Assembly (NCBI GenBank): GCA_030390025.1
Contig: JASTWF010000036.1
Span: 1,488,001-1,552,000 of the forward strand
DNA length: 64,000 nucleotides
Direction of reading: 5' to 3'
Origin: Squalus acanthias
Taxonomy: Eukaryota
The notes beneath the pieces are model-generated. The model saw only the letters and a list, made by a program, of their open reading frames with translations. It was not told the DNA's origin and made no database searches. Both the position numbers and the translations under genes were made by a program. Position 1 is the stretch's first letter, and each line of letters starts with the position of its first letter. Positions 10,430 through 22,534 of this stretch are shown here, in pieces.

Positions 10430-12330
10430 AAGAAAGAAATTGTATTTATATCGCACCATAACATGCTTAGGCCGTCCCAAAGCGCTTCACAGCCAGTGAT
10501 TTCCTTTTTGAAGTGCAGTCACTCTTGTTATGCAGGCAAATGCAGCAGGCAATTTGCCCAGAGCAAGGTCCCACAAATCCTTCTTCTTCTTCTTAGGCAG
10601 TCCCTCGGAATGACTTGCTTCCACATTAAAAATGAGTTTTCAGGTGACTGATGAGTCCAATGCGGGACCTACAGTCTCTGTCCCCGGTGGGGCAGACGGT
10701 GGTTGAAGGGGCGGGTGGGTGAGGTGCTTGGGTTGACGTGCGCTCCTTCCGCTGCCTGCGCTTGGCTTCCACTTGCTCCCGGCGAAGAGACTCGAGGTGT
10801 TCGGCGCCTTCCCGGATGCTTCTCCTCCACTTTGTGCGGTCTTGGGCCAGGGATTCCCAGGTGTTGGTGGGGATGTTGCACTTTTTCAAGGAGGCTTTGA
10901 GGGTGTCCTTGAAGCGTTTCCTCTGCCCACCTGGGGCTCTCTTGCCTTGTCGGAGCTCCGAGTAGAGCGCTTGTTTTGGGAGTCTCGTATCGGGCATGCG
11001 GACAATGTGACCCATCCATCGGAGCTGATCGAGCGTGGTCAAAGCTTCGATGCTGGGGATGTTGGCCTGAGCGAGAACACTGACGTTGGTGCGCCTATCC
11101 TGCCAATAGATTTGCAGGATCTTGCGGAGGCAGCGTTGGTGGTACCTCTCCAGTGCTTTGAGGTGCTTGCTGTACATGGTCCATGTCTCTGAGGCATACA
11201 GCAGGGCGGGTATCACTGCTGCTCTGTAGACCATGAGCTTAGTGCTGGGTTTGAGGTCCTGGTCTTCAAACACTCTCTTCCTCAGGCGACCGAAGCCTGC
11301 ACTGGCACACTGAAGGCGGTGTTGGACTTCGTCGTCGACATCTGCCCTTGTTGACAGTAGGCTCCCGAGGTATGGAAAGTGGTCCACGTTGTCCAAGGCC
11401 TTGTCGTGGATTTTGATAATCGGGGGGCAGTACTGTGTGGCGGGGGCAGGTTGGTAGAGGACCTTTGTCTTACGGATGTTTAGTGTAAGGCCCATGCTCT
11501 CGTACGCTTCGGTGAAGGTGTTGATGATGGTTTGGAGTTCGACCTCCGAGTGAGCGCAGACGCAAGCGTCGTCTGCATACTGTAATTCAACGACAGAGGA
11601 TGGGACGATCTTGGATCTGGACTGGAGGCGACGGAGGTTGAACAGTTTCCCGTTTGTTCTGTAAATTAGCTCCACTCCAGCGGGGAGCTTACTGAGGGTG
11701 AGATGGAGCATTGCAGCAAAGACGATTGAGAAGAGCGTTGGTGCGATGACACAGCTTTGCTTGACCCCGGTTCATACGTGAATTGGGTCTGTAGTGGAAC
11801 CGTTGGTCAGGATCACGGCTTGCATGTCGTTGTGAAGCAGGCGGAGGATGGTGACAAACTTTTGAGGGCAGCCGAATTTGAGGAGGACACTCCATAATCC
11901 CTCACGGGTGACAGTGTCGAAGGCCTTTGTGAGATCAAAGGCGGCCATGTACAGCGGTTGGTGCTGTTCCCTGCATTTCTCTTGTAATTGACGTGCGGTG
12001 AAGATCATGTCCATTGTGCCCCTTAGTGGGCGGAATCCGTATTGCGACTCTGGGAGGAGCTCTTCGGCCACTGGGAGAAGGCGATTGAGGAGGATTCTTG
12101 TGATGACTTTCCCTGTGGCATCGCAAGAATCCTCCTCAATCGCCTTCTCCCACAAATAGCACAAGCGATACATAACCAAATAATCTGTTTTGGTGGTGCT
12201 GGTTGAGGGATAGATACTTGCCAGACTACCACAAGTGCTCATTGTGCCATGGGGTCTTTTATGTCTATCCTGAACGGGTAGACATGACCTCGGTTTCATG
12301 GCTCATCTGTAAAATGACACCTCCGACAGA
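10430..12330 (-). mobile_element. Diverged DeuSINE split by the RTE insertion (10430-10578 and 12148-12330)
   Basis: SINE tail at 10430-10578 (CCCAAAGCGCTTCACAGCC...) continues after 12157 with ATAATCTGTTTT...GTTGAGGGATA...CCATGGGGTCTTTTA...CACCTCCGACAG. Confidence 0.8.
10579..12147 (-). mobile_element. RTE-clade LINE, 5'-truncated, RT domain to C-terminus, one in-frame stop
   Basis: QYGFRPLRGTMDMIF, FDLTKAFDTV, GVKQ, LQYADD, FPYLGS, LYASETW, LRWMGHIVRM, and a C-terminal zinc-finger remnant CPTG...SHLKTH. ORFs 11772-12299 and 10626-11711 share a frame, separated by a TGA at 11772-11774. (GAA)n tail; TSD TCCCACAAAT at 10569-10578 and 12148-12157. Confidence 0.95.
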
Positions 12331-12456
12331 ACACACCTCCTGGTTGACCGATAGGTCCCTATCGAATTTGAGAGGGCAGATATTGAAAATACAGGATTTC
12401 CCAGTAACTTTTCCAGGATGAAAGAGGCAGTTTGAGTCAAGACAATTGGATGTTCT

Positions 12457-12886
12457 GGACGATTGAGTAGAATGGGCCTATATTCTCTGGAGTTTAGAAG
12501 AATGAGAGGTGATCTCATTGAAACATATAAAATTCTTATTGGGTAGATGCAGAGAGGTTGTTTCCCCTGGCTGGAGAGTCTAGAACTAGGGGTCATAGTC
12601 TCAGGATAAGGGGTTGGGCATTTAGGACTAAGATGAGGATAAATTTCTTCACACAAAGGGTTGTGACTCTTTGGAATTCTCTACCCCAGAGGGCTGTGGA
12701 GGCTCAGTCGTTGAGTATATTCAAGGCTGAGATCGATAGATTTTTGGACTCTAAGGGAATCAAGGGATATGGAGATCGGGCGGGAAAGTGGAGTTGAGGT
12801 AGAAGATCAGCCATGATCTCATTGAATGGTGGAGCAGGCTCGAGGGGCTGTGTGGCCTATTCCTGCTCCTATTTCTTATGTTCTCT
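12457..12886 (+). mobile_element. CR1 LINE 3' fragment
   Basis: LYSLEFRRMRGDLIE and FPLAGESRTRGHSLRI...RVVTLWNSLP; 3' UTR ending TCCTGCTCCTATTTCTTATGTT. Confidence 0.92.
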
Positions 12887-13084
12887 TAAAGAAAGCAGTT
12901 GTTAGATCCTATGACAAATGCAGTTAGTTGGAGAATCTCATGAGAGGAGGCAGTTTGAACACCTCCGTCTCATGAATGCCGGTCAAACGAGTTAGAGTAG
13001 GAGGCGGTGCGATTTTTTTTGAGTTTGGGACGATGAGGCTCTACAGATGAGGCAGACCAGGATAGCAGATTTGGAGCTCAGGAG

Positions 13085-13280
13085 GAATGTGAGAGGGAAG
13101 TTCAGAGGAGCAGTGACTATAGTGGTATAAATAGAGAAAGACTGTAACAGAAAGAAGTGTAACTTGATATGTTGATCGGGTGAGATGAAGTAGGGGTGGG
13201 AGGAGGCTCGAGTGGAGCATAAACACCGGCACGGACCAGTTGAGCCGAATGGCCTGTTTCTGTGCTGTAAACTCGATGTC
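13085..13280 (+). mobile_element. Older CR1 3' tail
   Basis: GGAGCATAAACACCGGCACGGACCAGTTGAGCCGAATGGCCTGTTTCTGTGCTGTAA is a CR1-type 3' stem-loop and tail. Confidence 0.65.
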
Positions 13281-14004
13281 ATTCCAAATAACTATTCATG
13301 GCTGTTTCTTGCAGCTCCTGATATGGGAGGTGCAAGACTGACCAGATTGTTGAAGCTCTGTGACACAATATACCTGTCAGAATAAATAAGACTCAATCTG
13401 GCAGAAAGCCAAGGCTATCTGGGGAATTGAAATCCACTCATTCTTAGCTCCCGGACTAATACCTGTCAATATTTGCATTGGTGTATTAGAGCAGTCAATA
13501 AGGACAACTAGCCCTTGTTGACTTAAGCCAATCTAGAGGCTTGTGATGGAGTTGCCTTTAGGAAAGTAGTTCTGTGTGTGAAGCATACTTGATGTCATCA
13601 TTATGCCATCGGCGCACCACCATTCCAATAACCTTTCTTAATGAAAGCTTCTAATGGCATAATACGTTTCCAACGTCCAAATGGCTCCCACAGGATTTCA
13701 TAGAAGTCAATTGCTGTGACATGTCTACAATGACTGGAGCCAGTACTGGCAGTCTGTGCAATCTTTAGAGTCTCGCCTTGAGTTGGCCTGAGTAACAGTG
13801 AGGGATGTCAGTGCTGGGAAATGGAACACATTTCCATGCTTGCGTGGCCAGTGTCAGTCCTAATAATGCACCTTAACCGTCAACTACTCCAGTCTGACAT
13901 CTCCATGTCTTACCATTGCATTGCACTCTGCTCAGGCACATCGGGAAGACAAACAAGATTATAATGCAGAAATATTTAGAGATTTTTAATTTCAGTGCAG
14001 AGCT

Positions 14005-14900
14005 GTTCTGACTCTCACAGTCTCCCTTTCCCACAGTCTCCCCTCACTATCTCACTCACACTCTCTTTCACCTCCATTGTCTCACTCGCGTTCTCTCCCC
14101 TCATTGTCTTTCGCTCACTCTCTCTCTCCCACTGTCTCTCGTTCACTCTCTCTCTCCCACTGTCTCTCGTTCACTCTCTCTCCCCTCACTGTCTCTCACT
14201 CACACGCTCTCTCCCCCGCTGTCTCACGCACCCTCTCTCCCCTCACTGTCCCTCACTCAGTCTCTCTCTCTTTCCCACTGTCTCACTCACGCTCTCTCCC
14301 CTCTCTCCCGCTCACTTTCTCTCCCTCACTATCTCTCTCCACCCCACTGCCTCACTTGTGCTCTCTTGCCTCCCCACTTGCTCTTCCTCCACCACAGTCT
14401 CTCAGTTGCCCTTTCTCCCCTCACTGTCCCTCATTCACACTCTCTTTCCTCCACTGTCTCACTCGTCCTCTCTCCCCTCACTGTTTCTCACTCACACTCT
14501 CTCTCTCCCGCACTGTCTCACTCATCCTCTCTCCCCTCACTGTCCCTCACTCACACTCTCTCTCCCGCACTGTCTCACTCGTCCTCTCTCCCCTCACTGT
14601 CTCTCACTCACACTCTCTCTCTCCCGCACTGTCTCACTCGTCCTCTCTCCCCTCACTGTCTCTCACTCACACTCTCTCTCTCCCGCACTGTCTCACTCAT
14701 CCTCTCTCCCCTCACTGTCTCTCACTCACTCTCTCTCTCCCGCACTGTCTCACTCATCCTCTCTCCCCTCACTGTCCCTCACTCACACTCTCTCTCTCCC
14801 GCACTGTCTCACTCGTCCTCTCTCCCCTCAATGTCTCTCTCATGCATGCTTGCTCGCCCCCCCCCCCTCTCTCTCGCACTCACTCTGTGTCACACACACA
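14005..14900. repeat. CT-rich minisatellite, ~58-62-bp unit, most homogeneous at 14450-14830
   Basis: Repeated CTCTCTCCCGCACTGTCTCACTC(G/A)TCCTCTCTCCCCTCACTGTC(T/C)CTCACTCACACT with a variable (CT)n run. Confidence 0.9.
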
Positions 14901-15599
14901 GCACGGAAGGAGAGTGAAATCTATCCAAATATACTCACTAGAAGTGTAAAATATCATCAGCTGTTCCTAAGAAGCGGCTGACAATTTTTGGCACAAAGCT
15001 GAGGCAAAGCCTTCTGTTGGAGAGGGTAGCGGTCCATGACGGGGAATATTGGCCATCAGTAATCTATTCCCATCCTGCTGTCCATACCCCAGTCTGTGTG
15101 TGTGTGGGGGGAATCAATAATGTTTATTTTCTTTCAGGCGTGTGGGTTTTGCCCGCCACACACCCTTCTCAACATTGCTAATGCTAGCCTGTTAATTGCT
15201 TGTCCATGTACTTACCCACTGTACAGTTAAGGACATATCAGTTTACATGGTAGATTGAGCCAAACGTTGTAATAAGTGAAAACTGTCTTGTAAAAACACT
15301 GCCTTGTAAAAACACAGGTGTATTCCCCGCAGAGCGCTGCATGTTTCCTCGTCTCCCCCGCGGTGCTGTGATGTTAATCTGCTTTCTCGCTGCATCGGAG
15401 CCCAATGCGTTACTGCCGCTTCAACTCTGTCTGGGCTGGTATATCGTCGAAGGGAAGCGGACTTGCTGCCAGTGCCTCTCTTTAATTTCCGCGAGTGCCC
15501 CCCTGTTATTGATTACCTATCAGTGCCGTATTATTGACTGAGTGTGTTGGACAGTCCGCCACAAAAATGAACTTGAATGCAGGCACACATCAGGGGTAG

Positions 15600-15896
15600 T
15601 ACAACAACTTGCATTTATATAGCGCCTTTAACGTAGTAAAACGTCCCAAGGCGCTTCACAGGAGCGATTATCAAACAACATCTGACACTGAGCCACGTAA
15701 GGAGGTATTAGGGCAGGCGACCAAAAAGAGGTCGGTTTTAAGGAGCGTCTTAAAGGAGGATAGAGAGGCGGAGAAGTTTAGGGAGGGAATTCCAGTACTT
15801 GGGGCCTAGGCGGCTGAAGGCACGGCCACCAATGGTGGGACGAAGGAAATCAGGGATGGGCAAGAGGCCAGAATTCGAGGAGTGCAGAGATCTCGG
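15600..15896 (-). mobile_element. L2 LINE 3' end
   Basis: ACAACAACTTGCATTTATATAGCGCCTTTAACGTAGTAAAACGTCCCAAGGCGCTTCAC...; same family as 26631-26988. Confidence 0.85.
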
Positions 15897-16440
15897 ACAC
15901 CAGCCCTTGCTTTAGCATTCAGCTTTGCCTTGTACCAGAATAATCACTGATGTTGTGAAACCCTGCTGTGCCCATTCATTATTGCCTCACTCAATCGATC
16001 TGAAACATCTCTATTTTAACTAACATAAAACTGCCCCATGTATACCATAATCCTCATTCGAGCACTGCAGGTATGATTGATGGGGAGTATCTCTTCAGCA
16101 CTCCCTGCGCAGAGCTCTGCGACAAGGTGGGATCTCAGGAGCTGGCGTGCCCGGCCCTCTTTGTCTTCTGTCCGTGCGCCCGAATTCCCCAAAATACGCT
16201 CTCCCAGTGCACGAAGCTTGGCTACAGGCAGCGCTGAAACCGCAAATGGCCCCGCTGTCACTTCCCAGGGAAGTCCAGGCAGTCAGAGAAAGTCGAGCAC
16301 TGACTTAGAGGGAGAATGACCAGCTTTTTCGGAACTGGTGTATTGACGGAGTGCTTCTGCAAGGGTCCATGATCATTTTATCATTTATCTGCATGAGGAG
16401 ATAGTCGAGCTGCTTTTTGCTTGCCTTACAAAATATTAAA

Positions 16441-16568
16441 TGATGCGGAGATGCCGGTGTTGGACTAGGGTTGACAAAAGTGAGAAGTCGCACAACACCA
16501 GGTTATAGTCCAACAGTTTTATTTGAAATTACGAGCTTTCGGAGCGGCTGCTCCTTCGTCAGGTGAAG
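16441..16568 (-). mobile_element. Penelope-like element terminal (pLTR) fragment
   Basis: Nearly identical to 33756-33869. Minus strand has a hammerhead core followed by AATAAA and a short 3' extension, the usual pLTR layout. Confidence 0.8.
16530..16565 (-). ncRNA. Minimal type I hammerhead ribozyme motif
   Basis: Minus strand CAC-CUGACGA-A-GGAGC(AGCC)GCUCC-GAAA-GCUC-GUA: conserved CUGANGA and GAAA boxes, a 5-bp stem II, palindromic AGCU in place of stem III, and a short imperfect stem I. Confidence 0.7.
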
Positions 16569-17512
16569 TAAAGGAATACAAATCGACAAAGCATATATAG
16601 ATAGAGAACAATGCATGTGTAGCGTACAATGGCAGACGACTACATTTAATCCTCCTGACTGCCTTTTGTCACACCTCGGCAGATAAACAATCAGGTCAGC
16701 CAGGAAGGCACCACATCAAAGACACATTAGACCCCCTGTAACCCCACCTCATTGTCTCAGTTGTATCTTGCTATGTCTTTGAAGTGACCACACTTCAAAA
16801 AAGTACTTCATTGGATGTAAACCGCTTTTGGGACATCCTGAGGTGGTGAAAGGCGTTGGAGAAATACAAGTTCTTTCTTTTTACTGGAACAGGTGCTCTT
16901 ATTAGACTCACATGTTCCCTGTTTCTCCCTCCCAACCAACACCACCAGCACCGCTGCCGTGAGCTGCAGAACAGACCAAGGACAGGGACCTCAGGCATTT
17001 CTGCTGTGTTTGCCTCGGTACCACACCACACACTGCATTTACCCACTGAAATGAGTTGCTTTTAAAACCGTTCCCATTCCCAATCCCTATTGATGTCCTT
17101 GAAGAAGGCTCTTTGTAAGTCAAACTATGCTCATAGTGACTGATACTGAGCTGACACAGAGCCTCCAGCGGGTAAAGGATACCTGACAACTGGATAATTC
17201 AACGAGGACTTTAACAGAATAAAGAGTTATGAAACAATAAACAACAGACTTTTCAGTCAAAGTAATGTATCAGTGAGTGGGGTTAATGGGATTCTAGCAA
17301 TAAATACCTACCTTCTCAGTGATCCTAATTGATTTCAAAACTAGTGCCTGTGGGTTATTGCTCTCGAATCTCTTTTTTGTCTATGTGGAGAAAGTGGTGA
17401 AGCATAGCAAAGGAAATGTTTTAAAAACCAGGCAGACTTTGTTACATTGGGCACTTTGAATCATACCAGCTGACCAGATTAAGACCTCAAAGACCATCGC
17501 TTCTAATGGTAT

Positions 17513-17884
17513 TTGTGTTCAAATTCCTCCATGGCCTCACCCCTCCCTACCTCTGTAACCTCCTCCAGCCCTCCAAGAACTCCACGTCCCTCCTATTCTG
17601 GCCTCTTGTCCATCCCCCCAATTGCTTCATCCCACCATTGGCGGCCGTGCCTTCAGCCACCTAGGCCCTAAACTCTGGAATCCCCTCCCTAAACCTCCAT
17701 GCATCGCTACCTCTCTCTTCTGCTTTAAGACGCTACTTTAAAACCTACCGCTTTGACGAAGCGTTTGGTCACCTGTTCCAATGTCTTCTTTTTTGGCATG
17801 GTGTCAGTCTTTGTCTGATTACGCTCCTGTGAAGTGCCTTAGGACGTTTTGCTGTTAAAGGCACTATATAAATGCAAGTTGTTT
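17513..17884 (+). mobile_element. L2 LINE 3' end
   Basis: CCCTCCCTACCTCTGTAACCTCCTCCAGCC...GGCGGCCGTGCCTTCAGC...CTCTGGAATCCCCTCCC (GRAFS...LWN.LP) and the L2 tail. Confidence 0.85.
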
Positions 17885-18944
17885 ATAGGAATGCATGGTG
17901 TCAGAGGCATTGGGACTTCCAAGATGTACCTTGGATAATGTTTCCCCTTTTTTGGTCTCCTGTGCCCCATAACATACTCTGTTAAAAGGGCAGGCAGCTC
18001 GCCACCTCCCAGGCCTCTGCCAGTGCCATCTTTGAATCTGACTTGGTAGACTGGTCAAGAGCTGCCCATGGTGATGCTTCCTCCTATTTCTTTACTCTAA
18101 GACACAGGACAGGCATATGCTCGGCACATCCACGTGACAAATGCGGCTGAGACCAGGAACGCATTGTGGACGTGAAGCACGTCGTACTACTTTCTGAAGG
18201 AGTTTAGTCCAGATACTTTTTTCATTCATTCTTATCTGGAAATTCACCCAAGCAGTGGGCAAGGGAAGGGTAAGGGAAGAACAGGGAGGACACGTTGGCT
18301 ATGGGAAAGAAGAAACAGGAAGGCCAGAGGAAGCCATGTTTTTAAGAAGTATGGGATTCAGGGCCTGAAAGTGACCTGAGCCTTAGAAAATGTGCAGAGG
18401 GGGGCTCGAGGTAACCCAGAAGTTGACAGTTTGAACTTGCACAGAAAGACATGGCAGATACATTCAAATTTACAGTTGAATACAACATCCTTTCTGTATA
18501 GTGAACAAAACAGGAAAGAAATTTATATAGAGGGACAAGGAGTAGGGAGATGTGTGACATTTTGAGATTTGGGACCATTTGGTTCTAGAAGGATTTTGGT
18601 GTATTTTATATTTAAATGAAGATATTGAGTTGAACACGGCACATAAGTGGTTTAATTCATAGAACATGAGCTTTTGGAAATACAAATTACATGTAGATGA
18701 ACTGGCTGGAGCAGTGGTGTTTCCTGCATACCACTTCAACTTGAGACAATGGAAGTTCTTTGGGACAGTCCAGTAAACATTCACACCTGTTTTCTTGGGG
18801 ATCATTTGGCCTTTTCTCACTATAGGTTTTTCTTCAATGCGATCCTGTTGACGTGTAATTAAAACAAAATGTTGCATTCGCAACTACATTTTTGCATTCT
18901 GAGCGACAGCACACAACGATTGGAAAAAACAGACTCATAAAAAG

Positions 18945-19853
18945 AACATAAGAAATAGGAGCAGGAGTACTGCTCCACCATTTAATAAGATCATGGCGGA
19001 TCTTCTACCTCAACTGTGGGTTCAAGTCCCACTCCAGAGACTTGAGCACAGAAATCTAGGCTGACACTCCAGTTCAGTACTGAGGGAGCGCTGCACTGTC
19101 AGAGGTGCCGTCTTTCGGATGAGACGTTAAACCGAGGCCTCGTCTGCCCTCTCGGGTGGACGTAAAAGATCCCATGGCACTATTTCGAAGACGAGCAGGG
19201 GCCAATATTTATCCCTCAACCAACATAACAAAAACAGATTATCCGGTCATTATCACATTGCTGTTTGTGGGATCTTGCTGAGGGCAAATTGGCTGCCGCG
19301 TTTCCCACATTACAACAGTGACTCCACTTCAAAAATACTTCATTGGCTGTATAGCGCTTTGGGACATCTGGTGGTCGTGAAAGGCGCTATCTAAATGCAA
19401 GTTTTTCTTTTATTCAACTCCACTTTCTTGCACTATCCCCATATCCCTTGATTCCTTGAGTATCCAAAAATCTATCGCTCTCAGCCTTGGATATACTCAT
19501 CGACTGAGCCTTTCACAACCCTCTAGGGTAGAGAATTCCAAAGATTCACAACCCTCTGAGTGAAGAAATTCCTCCTCATCTCAGTTCTAAATGGCCGACC
19601 CCTTATCCTGAGACTATGCCACCTAGTTCTAGACTCCCCAGCCAGGGGAAACAACCTCTCAGCATCTACCCTGTCAATCCCCCTCAGAATCTTATAAGTT
19701 TCAATGAGATCACCTCTCATTCTTCTAAACTCCAGAGAGTATAGGCCCAATCTACTCAATCTCTCCTCATAGGACAACCCTCTTATCCCAGGAACCAATC
19801 TAGCGAACCTTTGTTGCACCCCCTCTAAGGCAAGTATATCCTGCCTTATGTAA
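18945..19853 (-). mobile_element. CR1 LINE 3' fragment split by a DeuSINE
   Basis: ORF 19523-19819 QRFARLVPG...RVVNLWNSLP; 3' UTR continues at 18945-19015. Confidence 0.92.
19016..19413 (+). mobile_element. 5'-truncated DeuSINE with TSD TCAACT
   Basis: Starts at the B box (GTGGGTTCAAGTCCC) and has the full core and tail. TCAACT occurs at 19010-19015 and 19414-19419. Confidence 0.92.
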
Positions 19854-20375
19854 GAGATCTAAGAGGTGTCCTCCTAAATCCATAAGAGGTGAAAGGGAGC
19901 CAAGATGTTTCCCTGCTCCTAACTGGGAAGCAATTCACAGGCCACAGCGAAGATGCTGAATGCAGGCATACGAGTTAATATGCTATTTGTTTTCTATCAC
20001 TCTGTGTGAAGATAATGTCAAGCAGAAACTAATGATCCTTAACAAACAAAAAGAAACAGCCCGAGGCAAGGCAGAGGGAGAAAAGAAAATCAGCAGCTCA
20101 ATGAAATGGATTTACTGCTGAGTTCTTCAGCTAATACAGTAATTTGACTGGTGGGACACTGAAGTGACCCATTCACTCTGCTACATAAATACTACAAATT
20201 AAAGAGAGACCGAGTTCATTATATTTTAAAATTTGGATCTGTGATTAGATGGGTAGATGCATAAGGAGGGTCTTGAGGAATCTCAGCAACCTTCAAAAAC
20301 ACTGGGCGATGCTGCATAAATGCACAGCAGTTGTAGGCACTGCTTCTGATGCTTTGGGACCCCAATTCCCAATGC

Positions 20376-21307
20376 GTAGAATGGGCCTATATTTCCTAGA
20401 GTTTAGAAGAATAAGAGGTGATCTCATTAAAACATATAAAATTCTTAAGGGGCTTGACAGGGTAGATGCTGGGAGGCTGTTTCCCCTGACTGGGGAGTCT
20501 AGAACTAAGGGTCACAGTCTTAGAATAAGGGGTCGGCCATTTTTTTTTTTTTTTTATTCGTTTGTGGGATGTGGGCGTCGCTGGCAAGGCCAGCATTTAC
20601 TGCCCATTCCTAATTGCCCTTGAGGAGGTGGCGGTGAGCCGCCTTCTTGAACCGCTGCAGTCTGTGTGGTGACGGTACTCCCACAGTGCTGTTAGGTAGG
20701 GAGTTCCAGGATTTTGACCCAGCGACGATGAAGGATCGGCGATATACTTCTAAGTCAGGATGGTGTGTGGCTCGGAGGGGAACTTGGAGGTGGTGGTGGT
20801 CCCATGCGCCTGCTGCCCTTGTCCTTCTAGGTGGAAGAGGTCGCGGGTTTGGGAGGTGCTGCCGAAGAAGCCTTGGCGAGTTGCTGCAGTGCATCTTGTA
20901 GATGGTACACACTGCAGCCACGGTATGCCGGTGGTGGAGGGAGTGAATGTTTAAGGTGGTGGATGGGGTGCCAATCAAGCGGGCTGCTTTGTCCTGGATG
21001 GTGTCGAGCTTCTCGAGTGTTGTTGGAGCTGCACTCATCCAGGCATTTAGGACTGAGATGAGAAGAAATTTCTTCACTCAGAGGGTGGTGAATCTTTGGA
21101 ATTCTCTACCCCAGAGAGCTGTGGATGCTCAAGTCGTTGAGTATATTCAAGACAGAGATCGATAGATGTTTGGACACTAAGGGAACCAAGGGATATGGGG
21201 CTCGGGCGGGAAAGTGGAGTTGAGGTAGAAGATCAGCCATGATCTTATTGAATGGTGGAACAGGCTCGAAGGGCCGAATGGACTATTTCTACTCCCATTT
21301 CTTATGT
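20376..21307 (+). mobile_element. CR1 LINE 3' fragment split by a family-B LINE
   Basis: GLYFLEFRRIRGDLIK...HSLRIRGRPF stops at ~20542 and resumes at 21044 as FRTEMRRNFFTQRVVNLWNSLP plus the 3' UTR. Confidence 0.92.
20543..21043 (-). mobile_element. Family-B LINE, 5'-truncated, A-rich tail, probable TSD CATTT
   Basis: ORF 20610-21077 AWMSAAPTT...LHHRHTVAAVCTIYKMH. CATTT occurs at 20538-20542 and 21044-21048. Confidence 0.9.
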
Positions 21308-22534
21308 AATTCCCAATCTTATCCATCTGCTTACCCCTGAATATTAAGCCATCACTAAGGTTACCAGACAGATGTCGCTGGGGAGGCCATTCGGCCCATC
21401 CTGTCACATTGGAGGGCAATGGGAAGTGACACCCAATCACATACTGACAGAGAGGGAGGGGAAAGCAGGGGGAGGTAGGTCACATTGGGGCTCCTCTTGT
21501 GCACTTCCTACCAAGGCAGTTACAAAGCAGCCTTGGCAAAGGTCATAGGGCATTTTATTTGGGCCAGGCTACTTGGGGCCATGCTACTAACCTGCTCCAG
21601 CCCTCTGTCCCAGCTTGCACTCTCCACTCTTCCAAATCTGGACTCCTGTGCAACTCCCTCCTGCCCCTCTGCTTTGCCATCTGTCAGCTAACACATTCCT
21701 GTGCACTGGGATTGTCTTCCTTGTCTTGCTGTATCTCTCCCCATGAAAGCCTCCTTAAAACCGACCTATTTGACCTGGCCTTTTGTCATTTCCATTAACC
21801 CTGCTCCCAATTCCTGCCCAACATCTGATTTCTTCTGCCACCACCCCGCCCCACGCAGCCTGCAGTGAAGTGACTTGGGATGTTCTCGCCGTGTCAAAGG
21901 CATTCTCAGAGTGCAGGTAGGTGCTGATGGTTATTCAGAGAGTGAAGAGTGTCTCGAGTTCTCTGCTAGAAACTTCCTCGAGATGCATTTATTCAGTCGT
22001 AAATGTCTCTTTTGACTGATAGCAGTTGTCAGTACAGATGTTGACAACCAGTACCTGTAATTGGTACATGATGACGCTTGCGCTGACAGCAGAGCTGTGA
22101 ACGAGTTTAATTGTCGGACATGATTGGGTGTCAGCGGCACCGACGCGATAACCCTCGCGGCAGTAGTGCGTCATGGTTGAACACTTTAAAGATGCATCGA
22201 AAGCTGACCTGTTACGGGTCTCACCTCTGACCTCTGACCTCAACTGGCAGGCACAAAATGACCTTTGGAGCTGGTTTCCAGAGGATGAATGGGCAATTTT
22301 CCTACTGTGGGTCCCACCAGTGAAATACGGGACCCAAGAGCTGGTGGAGAACATGGGAGAGAAATTGGACAAAGTAGCGAATTGTTAGAAGAGGATATAT
22401 TAATGAGAAACAAAAGATAAAGTAAAATGTGAAGCAAAAGAGAATGGCAGGAAAAAAAAGACGAACTAGCAAAAATAACGTTCTTTATTATATTTAAAGG
22501 AAAAGTATTTGAAGTGTTTATTCTAGTGAATATT

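Noticed and set aside
13995..14981. 328, 290 and 183-aa Ser/Leu/His ORFs
   Set aside because: The CT-rich tandem repeat is open in all three frames.
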